38,737 bases of DNA. Source: Promethearchaeota archaeon. GTDB lineage: Archaea; Asgardarchaeota; Lokiarchaeia; Sigyniarchaeales; SOKP01. Numbering within the stretch: position 1 is the stretch's first letter; each line of letters opens with the position of its first letter. Made by a program: the position numbers and the translations under genes. The notes beneath the pieces are model-generated. The model did no database searches and was not told where the DNA came from. It saw nothing but the letters and a program-made list of their open reading frames with translations. The stretch covers positions 1 to 38,737 of the forward strand of contig SDNY01000021.1 in NCBI GenBank assembly GCA_004524535.1. The letters run 5' to 3'. Below, piece by piece: positions 9,744 through 19,518 of this stretch.

Positions 9744-11261
9744 TTAGTATTTATCTCCTAAATAAAACTTCCCCGGGCTCAAAATTCCATTTGGATCAAG
9801 GGCTTTTTTAATTGTTATCATAAAATTGTAATATTCTTCTGTTAGTGCTCCAGAATCCACTAATGCCCTTCCAATGATCTCTCCCATCCAGTAATGGATT
9901 CCCCCTGTTTCCTTTATCTGAGCGATTATTAGATCTTTCCATATTTCATAATGTTTCTCTCTCAATTCTGGATCAGATTTCATAAATAATAAACCCCCTG
10001 TTATATCTAAATAAGTCGGATAAACGCCAAATACAATAAAGCTTGCACTCCCGCCCCCAGCTTCATTGAGTTTATTTACATTTCTTTTATTCCAATCATC
10101 ATATAATTTAATATAATCTGGCAATTGATAAGTTGGGCATTTTAGGCAAGAACCACAAGTACCTGCACTAGTTCCTGTCAATCCCCAATACGCATAAGCC
10201 CATTGCCATCTTCCTTCTTCTTCATAAAACCATTTTCCAAAATTACCTTCTTCTAAAGTATCTCCTAATTGCCTTAATTCAGCATCTTTAGCGATTTTTT
10301 CAATTCTTTCTACATTATGTTCTAGGTCTTTTTGTGTGTTTGCTACAGTTGTGTAATATAAAAGTCCACCTCTAACTTTAGCGTCTTTTAAAGGCCCAAA
10401 TATTCCTCCTCCTCCTCTCAATATTGTAACAAAAGTTGGAGGATAGTAATAAAAATCATGTAGTGGTAAATGATTTTGTTGCCATTGTATCATTACATCT
10501 GTAACTCTTTCTGAGGGTGTTTTATCTTTAGCTTTTTTAATCTCATATGTGTTAAATGCTGCATATTCCGGTAGTGGATATAAATGAAAAGATGCTTTTG
10601 TCTTTATACCGTGAATTCCAACATCTCCTAAAAATAATCCAGAATAATCAGGACCTAATCCAAATCTTGTAAATTGTTTCTCTGTAAAAGAATTAGCTTT
10701 TGCACCCGTATATATTATCTCTCCGGTGGGTAGAACTACTTCTAAACCAACACATTGTTCTGTAACTGCTCCATACATGGCAGCCCCTCCACCTCCAACA
10801 GAATTATTTGAAAGCCCTCCCCCAACTGTTGCTGAAAATCCAGAGGCAGGCCCAGTTGACCCCGTATAATATCCAATTCCAATATGTCTTAATTGTTCGC
10901 ATAATTCACTCCAAGATATTCCAACTTCAACTGTAACTACCTGATTTTTCTCATCAACATCTAAAATTTTATTCATTCGAGTTACATCTATTACAAGCCC
11001 CCCTTTACCAATTGGTTTTGCTCCCCCTGTTAAATCTGCTCCGCCACCTCTAGGTGTTATTATTATCTTATCTTGATTTGCTATTTTTAAGATTTCAGAT
11101 ACTTCTTCAGCGGTACTTGGACGAACAACTAAATCTGGAATACCTTGTAAAACTGTATCGCAATTCATTGAGTAAGAATAACATATTGGTTTTGAATCGG
11201 ACACATATTTAGTTCCTACAATATTTTCGATCTTCTCATAAACATTTTGAATTTCAGTCAT
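9744..11261 (-). CDS. FAD-binding oxidoreductase (GlcD/D-lactate dehydrogenase-like, VAO family)
   Basis: PDLVVRP, TPRGGG, ATVGGG, GLEVVLPTGE, GPDYSGLFLG and IKKALDPNGILSPGK motifs. Confidence 0.88.
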   Translation of the reverse strand: MTEIQNVYEKIENIVGTKYVSDSKPICYSYSMNCDTVLQGIPDLVVRPSTAEEVSEILKIANQDKIIITPRGGGADLTGGAKPIGKGGLVIDVTRMNKILDVDEKNQVVTVEVGISWSELCEQLRHIGIGYYTGSTGPASGFSATVGGGLSNNSVGGGGAAMYGAVTEQCVGLEVVLPTGEIIYTGAKANSFTEKQFTRFGLGPDYSGLFLGDVGIHGIKTKASFHLYPLPEYAAFNTYEIKKAKDKTPSERVTDVMIQWQQNHLPLHDFYYYPPTFVTILRGGGGIFGPLKDAKVRGGLLYYTTVANTQKDLEHNVERIEKIAKDAELRQLGDTLEEGNFGKWFYEEEGRWQWAYAYWGLTGTSAGTCGSCLKCPTYQLPDYIKLYDDWNKRNVNKLNEAGGGSASFIVFGVYPTYLDITGGLLFMKSDPELREKHYEIWKDLIIAQIKETGGIHYWMGEIIGRALVDSGALTEEYYNFMITIKKALDPNGILSPGKFYLGDKY

Positions 11262-11482
11262 AATATTATCTATTTTTAATTAATTTAAATGATCATTTGA
11301 TGTATTCATATTTAAATAATTTCACATCAAATTTTAATATTGAATTAATGAATTATTTTAAATATAAATTTTTAAGTTATATTGCGAAGAATTTAATTAT
11401 TTAACTATTATAGTTTTTAATTGTGTTCAAATAATTTGTGCCTATTGTATAAAAGATAAAAATCAATTGAGTATGATAAAGA

Positions 11483-14400
11483 ATGAAAAATAATAGAGAA
11501 TCCGAAAAACAATATAGAAACTTTCTAGAGAATCTGAATGACATCGCTTACGAAACAGACAAATTTGGCAATATAACTTATTGTAATAAGATTACAGAAG
11601 AAATAAGTGGTTTATCTATGGATAAAATAATAGGATATAATTTCTTACACTTGTTTTCAGAAGAAAATGGGAAGTTAGCATTAGAAAATTTTACTAAAAC
11701 TCTAAATGGAGAATCTCCTACATTTGAACTAACCTTTATCAATAGTGGAAAAATTTGTCAGTTTAGTAATAAACCATTGAAAAATGATAAAGAAGAAATT
11801 ATTGGTGTATCTGGTATTGCAAGAGACATCACCGAACGCAAGAAGGTGGAGCACGAATTAAAAATATATCAAGATCACCTTGAGGTATTAATAAATGAGA
11901 AGACTAAAGAATTAAAAAAATCAGAAGAAAATTATCGTATAATTACGGAAACAGCTAATGATTTAATCCGCATTCTTAACGATCAATTTAAAATCGAATA
12001 TGTTAATGAATTAACTCATTTAAGAATATTAGGATATTCAAAAGATGAAATGATTGGAAAGTTTGCTGGAATTTTTATGCATCCAGATGAGTATGAACAA
12101 ATTGGCAAATATGCATTTGAATTCCGAAAATATGGATCTTCTAGTCGTGAAGGAAGATTTAAGCATAAAAATGGAATTTGGATCTGGATGGATATTAAAA
12201 GTAAAAGGTATTTTGATAATGAAGGAAATTTGAAAGTATTAACGATTTCAAGAGAAATCACAGACCGTAAAAAAGCAGAACAAAAATTAAAAGAATCAGA
12301 AGAAAGATATCGTATAATTATGGAAACAGCTAATGATTTAATCCGTGTTCTTAACGATAAAGTTGAGATCGAATATATTAACGAATCAACTCATTTAAGA
12401 ATATTAGGATATTCAAAAGATGATTTGATTGGAAAATTCCCGGGAATTTTTATCCATCCAGATGATTATAAACACATGAGTAAATACGTAATTAAACTCC
12501 GAAAAGAAGGATACTACCAACGTGAAGTAAGATTTAAGCATAAAAATGGAACTTGGATCTGGATGGATATTAAAAGTAAAATGTATTTTGATAATGAAGG
12601 AAATTGGAAAGTATTAACGATTTCAAGAGAAATTACAGACCGTAAAAAAGCAGAACAAAAATTAAAAGAATCAGAAGAAAAATTTAAAGCACTTTTTAAA
12701 GGAGGGCCAGTTCCAACATATACATGGCAAGAAGTAGGAAATGATTTCAAATTAATTAATTATAATAATGCTGCGGAAAAATTTACTCTTGGAGATGTGA
12801 AAAAATATTTAGGATTAAAAGCTTCTGAGATGTATAAAGATCGACCTGAGATCTTAAAGGACTTGCATAGTTGTCTTGAAAAGAAAATCAATATTACTCG
12901 TGAGGTGAAATATTATATCAATATTTTAAAAGAAGAAAAAGATCTTTTAGCGAAATATAGTTATATCCCTCCAGACTTGGTATTAGTTCATACAGAGGAT
13001 ATTACAGAAAGAATAAATGCAGAGCAAAAATTAAGAGAATCTGAAGAGAATTATCGTAATATGATTAATAATTTAGATATTGGTTTCTATAAGGGTGAAT
13101 TTAAAGGAAAATTATTAATGCATAATCCTGTCTTAAATGAAATCCTTGGAATTGATCCTTCAAAAAATTTAATTGGCTCAGAGGCGTCTAAATTCTTTAT
13201 TAATCCCGAAGATCAAGAAATCTATTATGAACGATTAATCAATCAAGGATTCATTAAGAATTTTATTATTCAATTAAAAAAAGTAAATGGAGAAAAAATA
13301 AATGTAGAAATAAACGCTCATATGATTTATAATATTGAAGGGAAGCCAAAAGAAATTGAAGGTACAGCCGTGGACATCACCGAAAAATACAGATTAGAAC
13401 AAAAATTAAAGGATTCTGAAATAAAATATCGACATTTATTCGAAAGTTCTCCATACGTTATAGGATTATTAGATCTGAAAGGAAATTTAATAGATTGTAA
13501 CAATGCTGTAAATAAATTACTTTATTTACAATCTAAAGAAGATATAATTGGAAAAAATTTCAGAGAACTTTTTTCAGTAACAAATAAAAACAAACATCTT
13601 ATTCCGATATTCGAAAGAATTTCCAATATAATAAGCAATGGTGATAATACAGAGACGTTTGAATTTCTATTGAATAGGTCTATTGGAGATGTTATATGGC
13701 TAAGTTTAGATTGTTCTTTAATAAAAATAGAAAAAGAAACCCTAATACAAATCATAATCCAAGATATAACAGAACGTAAGAGTTTTGAACAAACTTTAAA
13801 AAGATCTGAAGAAAAATTTCGCTTTCTTTTTGAGAATACGCCTAGTTCTATACTTTTAATAAATCCTGAGGGGATAATTGTTGATTGTAATCCCGCAACT
13901 GAAAAAATAACTGGATATAAAAAACAAGAATTAATAGGCAGAAACTACAGAAATCTCTCTGCAATCGCGCCTAAATATATAGAAATAGCAGATTCTCTTT
14001 TCAGAGAATTCTTTGAAGGAAGAGAACTACATCGTTTAGATATACAACTCTACCATAAAGAAAATCGCTTGATATGGGTAAATTTACAATCATCACTTGT
14101 GAAAATCGGGGAAAAAAGATATTTGCAGTTACTTATGAATGATATTACTGAGCGTAAAAACGCCGAGGCTTTAGTAAAAGAAGAAATTAAAAAATTAAAA
14201 GAATTAGATCAAATTAGAAAAAATCTAATTATTAGAGTATCGCACGAGCTTAAAACCCCCTTAATTCCAGTATGTGGAGGGACTGAGCTTCTTTTAGATG
14301 AATATGAAGAAAAATTATTAGAAAAGGGAATTAGTGAGATAATAAGGATGATTGACAGGGGAGGTCGACGATTAAAATCGTTGATTAACAAATTACTTGA

Positions 14401-14905
14401 CTTATCTCGACTAGAATATGGTATGCTTTCATTGGAAAAACAAAAAAGCAATTTAAGCGAGATAATAAAAGAATGTTCCGCTGATATGACCTTTTTAATT
14501 AAAAATAGAGATATCACGCTTAATCTTGAGATTCCAGACAATTTTTATTTAGATATAGATGCGATGAGAATTAATCAAGTAATTACAAACCTTTTGTCGA
14601 ATGCCATTAAAAACACACCACCTCAAGGTAAAATATCCGTATTTTTAGAAAAAGATAATAATTGGGCAAAAATGACTGTAGCCGATACAGGAGTGGGTTT
14701 AACTAAGGAAGAGATGGCCATAATTTTCAATAGATTCAGTAAAATAGAAAGAAATGAAAAAGGACTTGAATATATAGATATTACAGGCTCGGGATTAGGC
14801 TTATTTATTTCAAAAGAAATTATAGATTTACATGGCGGCAAGATTTGGGTTGAATCTAAAGGGAGAGGATTAGGAAGCAATTTCATAATTGAACTACCTA
14901 TTTAA
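11483..14905 (+). CDS. Cytoplasmic sensor histidine kinase with about 7 PAS/PAC domains
   Basis: Repeated DITERK/EITDRK PAC ends; H-box VSHELKTPL, N-box NLLSNAIK, G1 DTGVG, G2 GSGLGL; no transmembrane segment seen. Confidence 0.93.
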   Translation: MKNNRESEKQYRNFLENLNDIAYETDKFGNITYCNKITEEISGLSMDKIIGYNFLHLFSEENGKLALENFTKTLNGESPTFELTFINSGKICQFSNKPLKNDKEEIIGVSGIARDITERKKVEHELKIYQDHLEVLINEKTKELKKSEENYRIITETANDLIRILNDQFKIEYVNELTHLRILGYSKDEMIGKFAGIFMHPDEYEQIGKYAFEFRKYGSSSREGRFKHKNGIWIWMDIKSKRYFDNEGNLKVLTISREITDRKKAEQKLKESEERYRIIMETANDLIRVLNDKVEIEYINESTHLRILGYSKDDLIGKFPGIFIHPDDYKHMSKYVIKLRKEGYYQREVRFKHKNGTWIWMDIKSKMYFDNEGNWKVLTISREITDRKKAEQKLKESEEKFKALFKGGPVPTYTWQEVGNDFKLINYNNAAEKFTLGDVKKYLGLKASEMYKDRPEILKDLHSCLEKKINITREVKYYINILKEEKDLLAKYSYIPPDLVLVHTEDITERINAEQKLRESEENYRNMINNLDIGFYKGEFKGKLLMHNPVLNEILGIDPSKNLIGSEASKFFINPEDQEIYYERLINQGFIKNFIIQLKKVNGEKINVEINAHMIYNIEGKPKEIEGTAVDITEKYRLEQKLKDSEIKYRHLFESSPYVIGLLDLKGNLIDCNNAVNKLLYLQSKEDIIGKNFRELFSVTNKNKHLIPIFERISNIISNGDNTETFEFLLNRSIGDVIWLSLDCSLIKIEKETLIQIIIQDITERKSFEQTLKRSEEKFRFLFENTPSSILLINPEGIIVDCNPATEKITGYKKQELIGRNYRNLSAIAPKYIEIADSLFREFFEGRELHRLDIQLYHKENRLIWVNLQSSLVKIGEKRYLQLLMNDITERKNAEALVKEEIKKLKELDQIRKNLIIRVSHELKTPLIPVCGGTELLLDEYEEKLLEKGISEIIRMIDRGGRRLKSLINKLLDLSRLEYGMLSLEKQKSNLSEIIKECSADMTFLIKNRDITLNLEIPDNFYLDIDAMRINQVITNLLSNAIKNTPPQGKISVFLEKDNNWAKMTVADTGVGLTKEEMAIIFNRFSKIERNEKGLEYIDITGSGLGLFISKEIIDLHGGKIWVESKGRGLGSNFIIELPI
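11921..12680 (+). repeat. 375-bp tandem duplication of one PAS-PAC module
   Basis: Units start at 11921 and 12296 (tcagaagaaa...), with long identical DNA stretches such as TGGATCTGGATGGATATTAAAAGTAAAA. Confidence 0.92.
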
Positions 14906-14988
14906 AAAAAATTACCAATAAAATAAACAAGTAAAATTAATAAAAGAGTAATATTTTAAAAATATCATAAATAAGAATATAATGAACT

Positions 14989-15378
14989 TTGCCGTCAATT
15001 ATTAAACAATTTTGGCTTTTTTCAAAGGATGGGCTTCCAATAGCGGAATTTAGTGGCGACGAGCAAACCTTAGATAAAACACTTATGGGGGGGATAGTGT
15101 CAGCCATTAAAACCTTTTCTCAACAACTTACAAGTAAGGGTTTACAAAGTTTAATGTTAGAAAACGATAAGCTAAGTTTCGGAAAGTCGCACGATGGTAA
15201 TGCTATTCTTGTTTTTAGAACTAGTTCTAAAATTAAAGATAAAAAGATACAAAAAGTATCTAAAAATATTGTTGAAATCTTCGAAGAATTATACGATGTC
15301 AATGATATTTTATCTTGGGATGGAGATGTCAGATATTTTAATGGATTTAAGGAGAAACTTCAAAAATTCCTCAAATAA
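14989..15378 (+). CDS. Stand-alone longin/roadblock-like domain protein (Asgard-type)
   Basis: FWLFSKDGLPI...LMGGIVSAIKTFS...WDGDV pattern, similar to the C-terminal domain of 16270..17922; TTG start. Confidence 0.7.
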   Translation: MPSIIKQFWLFSKDGLPIAEFSGDEQTLDKTLMGGIVSAIKTFSQQLTSKGLQSLMLENDKLSFGKSHDGNAILVFRTSSKIKDKKIQKVSKNIVEIFEELYDVNDILSWDGDVRYFNGFKEKLQKFLK

Positions 15379-15552
15379 TCAGAAAAAATAAATGAAACTA
15401 CTAAAGAATAACTGAAATTTTCTGAATATCCCTCATTCTAATAAAATTTAGTAAATCTAATAGATTTAAATACATAATTATCTTTGTATTGAGTTAATAA
15501 GAGAAATTAAAAATTAGAATTTTTTAAAAGAATAAACTAAACTTGATTAAGG

Positions 15553-16251
15553 TTATTTTCTTTTTTTCTTTCTCCTTGAAGGTATTACTACTTTTTGCTC
15601 TCGAACAAAACGTAATCGTTCGATACGATGTTGCATACTCGTTATAATCATTCCAATAAAAAGAAAGCATACAATGATTGTGATCCATTCCATAAGCGGA
15701 ATTATACAAAACCAGAGGATTAAATTAATGATAGTGGCAATAAAACCGAATATAGCAAGGTTTCTTGTGAATTTAAATTTATATAATGCATAGGAGGGTA
15801 AAAAAAAAGTTAAAACGGATATTGTAAATAAACTCATAGACCAAAAAATATGTATCTCCAAATAATCATCTGGAAATATTCCTATCATAATCATTGCCAA
15901 AGCTGTATAGAACCCAGCTGCTTGAGTTAACATTGTGAGTATTTTATTTTTTCTTCCACCGATCCACCATTCATAAAGACCGCCGAAGAATGGGAACATA
16001 GCAATACCTGATATTATACATCCCATATTAAAAAAGACGGAACCTTTTGGATTTTTTGAATACGAACCTAAATCAGAAACCCAGTTAATGAGAGGGTTAT
16101 ATGTCGTAGGGAAAAAAATTATCGATATGATAGTACAACTCCAAAATACAGTAATAACAAATATACCAGAAACGACACTGATTGGCCATTTTCTTGGAAT
16201 TGGGAACGATTTAAGCGTGTTTACAACTTTATCTACTTTTTCCGCTTTCAC
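15553..16251 (-). CDS. DUF998-like membrane protein
   Basis: NWVSDLG..NPKG..FFNMGCI and IGIFP motifs, about 6 TM segments; paralog of 27682..28350. Confidence 0.7.
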   Translation of the reverse strand: MKAEKVDKVVNTLKSFPIPRKWPISVVSGIFVITVFWSCTIISIIFFPTTYNPLINWVSDLGSYSKNPKGSVFFNMGCIISGIAMFPFFGGLYEWWIGGRKNKILTMLTQAAGFYTALAMIMIGIFPDDYLEIHIFWSMSLFTISVLTFFLPSYALYKFKFTRNLAIFGFIATIINLILWFCIIPLMEWITIIVCFLFIGMIITSMQHRIERLRFVREQKVVIPSRRKKKRK

Positions 16252-16269
16252 TAAATATATCTCCTATAA

Positions 16270-17922
16270 TTAATTTATCTCGAAACGGTTTTTAATCATT
16301 GTTTTTACTGGTAGAAATTTGTCTAGGTCTCCATCCCAGTGTTCAATTTGTTCCGAGAAAACATTTTGAATTTCCTCAGTTAAAGTTTTTAGTTTATTTC
16401 GGAGTATTTTAAGATCTTTAGATGAGATCAAAACAGAGGTAAATCCTTTTCCATATTCAAATAATAACTTTTTATCTTCATGGTCTATAACTTTCAATTT
16501 AGATTGTTGAGAATCTATCATTTCTTTTAACATTGTACTCACGCCAGAGATGCCTCCTGAAAACAAATTAGGATCAAATTCTTCTGTTTTTCTTTCTATT
16601 AAAGGATCTTTTTTCTCTCGCCATTTTAAAAAGGAAAAATCAGACATAACAATTCCTCCTTCAGCAATCACATATATATGTAAAATTTTTTTTTGCCATT
16701 CCATTTCTTCGGCAGGCGGGAGTGAATCTCTCATTGAAATAAATGGTATCATCGAGATTTCACTTAATCCAATAATTGTCATAACAACCAAAAGGTCGAT
16801 TTGTGCGAGGAATGCTGGTGTTGTAATTAGATATCCTACGAGAAATCCGACTGCTCCACCTAATCCCATTGAGCTCCACCCATAACCATTATACTGTCCC
16901 ATTTTACCCTCAGGAGCTAGATCACACCAAACCGTGCATTCTATAATAACATAATTAGCACATATTACGGAATAGATGGCTAAACTAATGACTATAAAAG
17001 TGAACATATTCCAAAATGCTAAGAATATCAAACAACAAGGGATTAATAAATTTGATAAGAAATAAACAGGTTTACGTCCATATTTATCCATGAGTTTCCC
17101 AAAGATTGGACTGAGCAGAAAATTTAAAGCTCCAACTGCGATGAAATCAAAATTGATCAGGCCTAAATTATAGGATTCTGCGGTTGCGAAATAATATCTA
17201 AGGTTTTCTAAATAGAATGATTTCATAGATTCATCGAATCTCATACTTGTACCTAATAGAAATACAATAATTCCTAAAAATGTTGAAAATACTAATGAGC
17301 TTATCCAGAAGATTATCATATTTTTTTTTATGTTATAATCTCTTGGAATTACGATTAATTGTTTCCATTCAAATTCTACTTTTCGAGACCGAACCAGAAG
17401 AAAGCTAATTAAACCAACTAGAATATTTGATATAGCCAATATCCAAAAATTTATATGCAAATCTAAAAAGGATATAAAGGCTGTTATCGCAACTATCCCC
17501 CACCCTATCCCTAGATAAACACCGGCATAAAAACCCCTTCTATTCATAGGGATGTTTGAACTCATATAATTAGCACCTGTAATGACATTCAACCCTGTCA
17601 ATGCAGCTGAAATCGATACCAAAACAAGAGTAAGAATAACATTTGTATAAGTGAAATTGAGTAATATCACTATGAATCCCCATACTATAAAAGAGAAACA
17701 TAAGAGCTCTTTTGTTTTTATACGATCCACGACTTTAAACAGCCCAAAAAGGATACATGATATACCAAATGGGGCCCAGAAAAACAGAGCAAATAAAATA
17801 GTCATATATGTTTCAAAATAATTGAGAAGAGGAACAAAACCAAAGGTTATTGTTGTCATCATTCCAACTGATACTAATAAAAATGAAAGAATAGTCTGGG
17901 ATATATTCCTTGAAGTTTCCAT
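16270..17922 (-). CDS. MFS transporter fused to a C-terminal longin-like domain
   Basis: MFS motif GKLMDKYGRK and ~12 TM; soluble C-terminus ILHIYVIAEGG...LFSGGISGVSTMLKEM...WDGDL. Confidence 0.78.
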   Translation of the reverse strand: METSRNISQTILSFLLVSVGMMTTITFGFVPLLNYFETYMTILFALFFWAPFGISCILFGLFKVVDRIKTKELLCFSFIVWGFIVILLNFTYTNVILTLVLVSISAALTGLNVITGANYMSSNIPMNRRGFYAGVYLGIGWGIVAITAFISFLDLHINFWILAISNILVGLISFLLVRSRKVEFEWKQLIVIPRDYNIKKNMIIFWISSLVFSTFLGIIVFLLGTSMRFDESMKSFYLENLRYYFATAESYNLGLINFDFIAVGALNFLLSPIFGKLMDKYGRKPVYFLSNLLIPCCLIFLAFWNMFTFIVISLAIYSVICANYVIIECTVWCDLAPEGKMGQYNGYGWSSMGLGGAVGFLVGYLITTPAFLAQIDLLVVMTIIGLSEISMIPFISMRDSLPPAEEMEWQKKILHIYVIAEGGIVMSDFSFLKWREKKDPLIERKTEEFDPNLFSGGISGVSTMLKEMIDSQQSKLKVIDHEDKKLLFEYGKGFTSVLISSKDLKILRNKLKTLTEEIQNVFSEQIEHWDGDLDKFLPVKTMIKNRFEIN

Positions 17923-18020
17923 CTTATACTTTACCTCATAAAAATAAGTCTTAGTTATTTAATGTATTTAATATATTTAAAAATAATTATATCCCCTAAA
18001 AATCATCATATCCATAGGGA

Positions 18021-19205
18021 TCATATTTTAAACGCAGAAAAGGGAAAATTCATAACCCTCCATATTGCGATATCCTCAAACCCTAAAACCTCTGCTTGAG
18101 TTTGTTCTCCATTACAAACCTCAATTAATTTTTTCCATAAAATTTGGGCTACATCATCCACACTTTTATTTTCTGTGATAATACTACTCGCATCCACATC
18201 AATATTGCATTTCATCCAATCACATGTTTTTGGATTCCCGCAGATCTTAATAACCGGTGAAACTGGATTGCCGGTAGGGCTCCCCCTTCCAGTAGTCATA
18301 ATAATTACTTGAGCTCCTGCTGCTGCTAATCCTGTCATGGATTCTACATCCAAACCAGGTTCAAACATTAACCATAATCCTTTTTTCTTTGGGGCTTCAG
18401 AATATTCTAAAACTCCTTGGATTGGTGCCTTTCCTGCTTTTGCTATTGTACCCAAAGATTTTTCCTCAATCGTTGTTAAACCTCCCGCAATATTTCCTGG
18501 AGTTGGTTGAACCCCTCGAAAATCTATGCCAATCTTCATCGTATTTTCAAGAAATGAATTCATAACAGAATGAATTTTATCTGCAATATTCTGATCCACT
18601 GCTCTTTTCATTAATAAATGTTCAGTACCAATCCATTCAGTAAACTCTGGAAGAATTGATGTCCCTCCAAGATTTACAATTTTATCTGAAACAATTCCAA
18701 CTGCAGGATTTGCAGTTATTCCTGAAATTGAATCAGATCCACCACATTCTAATCCTAAAATCAAGTTGGAAAAATCAAAAGGTTCTCTCTTTAGTTCTGA
18801 ACTCTCCTCTCGCATTTTTTTTCCAATTTCCACTCCTTTTTCAATAGCAGCTATTGTTCCACCTTTAATTTCTTGTACATCATAAAACTCTACTGGTTTT
18901 TTTGCTCTCTTTATTTGTCTTGCTAACTTCTTACTTGTAAGATTCTCACAGCCAAGTCCAACAACAACTACTCCAAATACATTTGGATTTGTTGCTAAAC
19001 CTGCCAAAGTTTTAATTGTATAATTGAAATCATGTCCAAATTGCCCACATCCAAGAGGATGAGTTATTGCAACAGAATTCTCAACTTTTTTCGCAATTTG
19101 TTGAGCAACGTGATTAACGCAAATAACACTGGGCAAGATAACAATTTTGTTTCTAATACCCACTTGTCCTTTTGGTCGTGGAAATCCCATAAATTCCTCA
19201 GTCAT
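18021..19205 (-). CDS. UxaA/GarD-family dehydratase large subunit (altronate dehydratase/SuyB-like)
   Basis: GQVGIRN, HPLGC, GLGCE, ECGGSD, TPGNIAGGLTTIEEKSLG and TTGRG motifs. Confidence 0.9.
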   Translation of the reverse strand: MTEEFMGFPRPKGQVGIRNKIVILPSVICVNHVAQQIAKKVENSVAITHPLGCGQFGHDFNYTIKTLAGLATNPNVFGVVVVGLGCENLTSKKLARQIKRAKKPVEFYDVQEIKGGTIAAIEKGVEIGKKMREESSELKREPFDFSNLILGLECGGSDSISGITANPAVGIVSDKIVNLGGTSILPEFTEWIGTEHLLMKRAVDQNIADKIHSVMNSFLENTMKIGIDFRGVQPTPGNIAGGLTTIEEKSLGTIAKAGKAPIQGVLEYSEAPKKKGLWLMFEPGLDVESMTGLAAAGAQVIIMTTGRGSPTGNPVSPVIKICGNPKTCDWMKCNIDVDASSIITENKSVDDVAQILWKKLIEVCNGEQTQAEVLGFEDIAIWRVMNFPFSAFKI

Positions 19206-19488
19206 TTTTTATCTTCTCCAAATAATGACTTTTTATATTATGTGTATGAATCCAGTCCCCTGCTTTTATATCTATTATCGCAATTCCAATTATTTCTCCA
19301 TACTTTTTTATTAAATCTCCTTTTTTAAGATCCTTTAAGGCGATTTTATGACCAATTTCAATATCTTCATTTAATTTAATACGATTACCATTTATTTCTA
19401 TTTCAGCATCTTTAGAAATTGTCGCTAAAGCAGTAGCGCAATTATCTTCACTGTTCATAATAATAAATTTATTTTTCAAATTAATCAC
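19198..19488 (-). CDS. SAF-domain small subunit of the UxaA/SuyA-like dehydratase
   Basis: DNCATAL, GHKIAL, KYGEIIG and GDWIHTHN motifs; overlaps the large subunit. Confidence 0.9.
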   Translation of the reverse strand: MINLKNKFIIMNSEDNCATALATISKDAEIEINGNRIKLNEDIEIGHKIALKDLKKGDLIKKYGEIIGIAIIDIKAGDWIHTHNIKSHYLEKIKND

Positions 19489-19518
19489 TATTTATTAAAA
19501 AATACATATTTATTTCAT

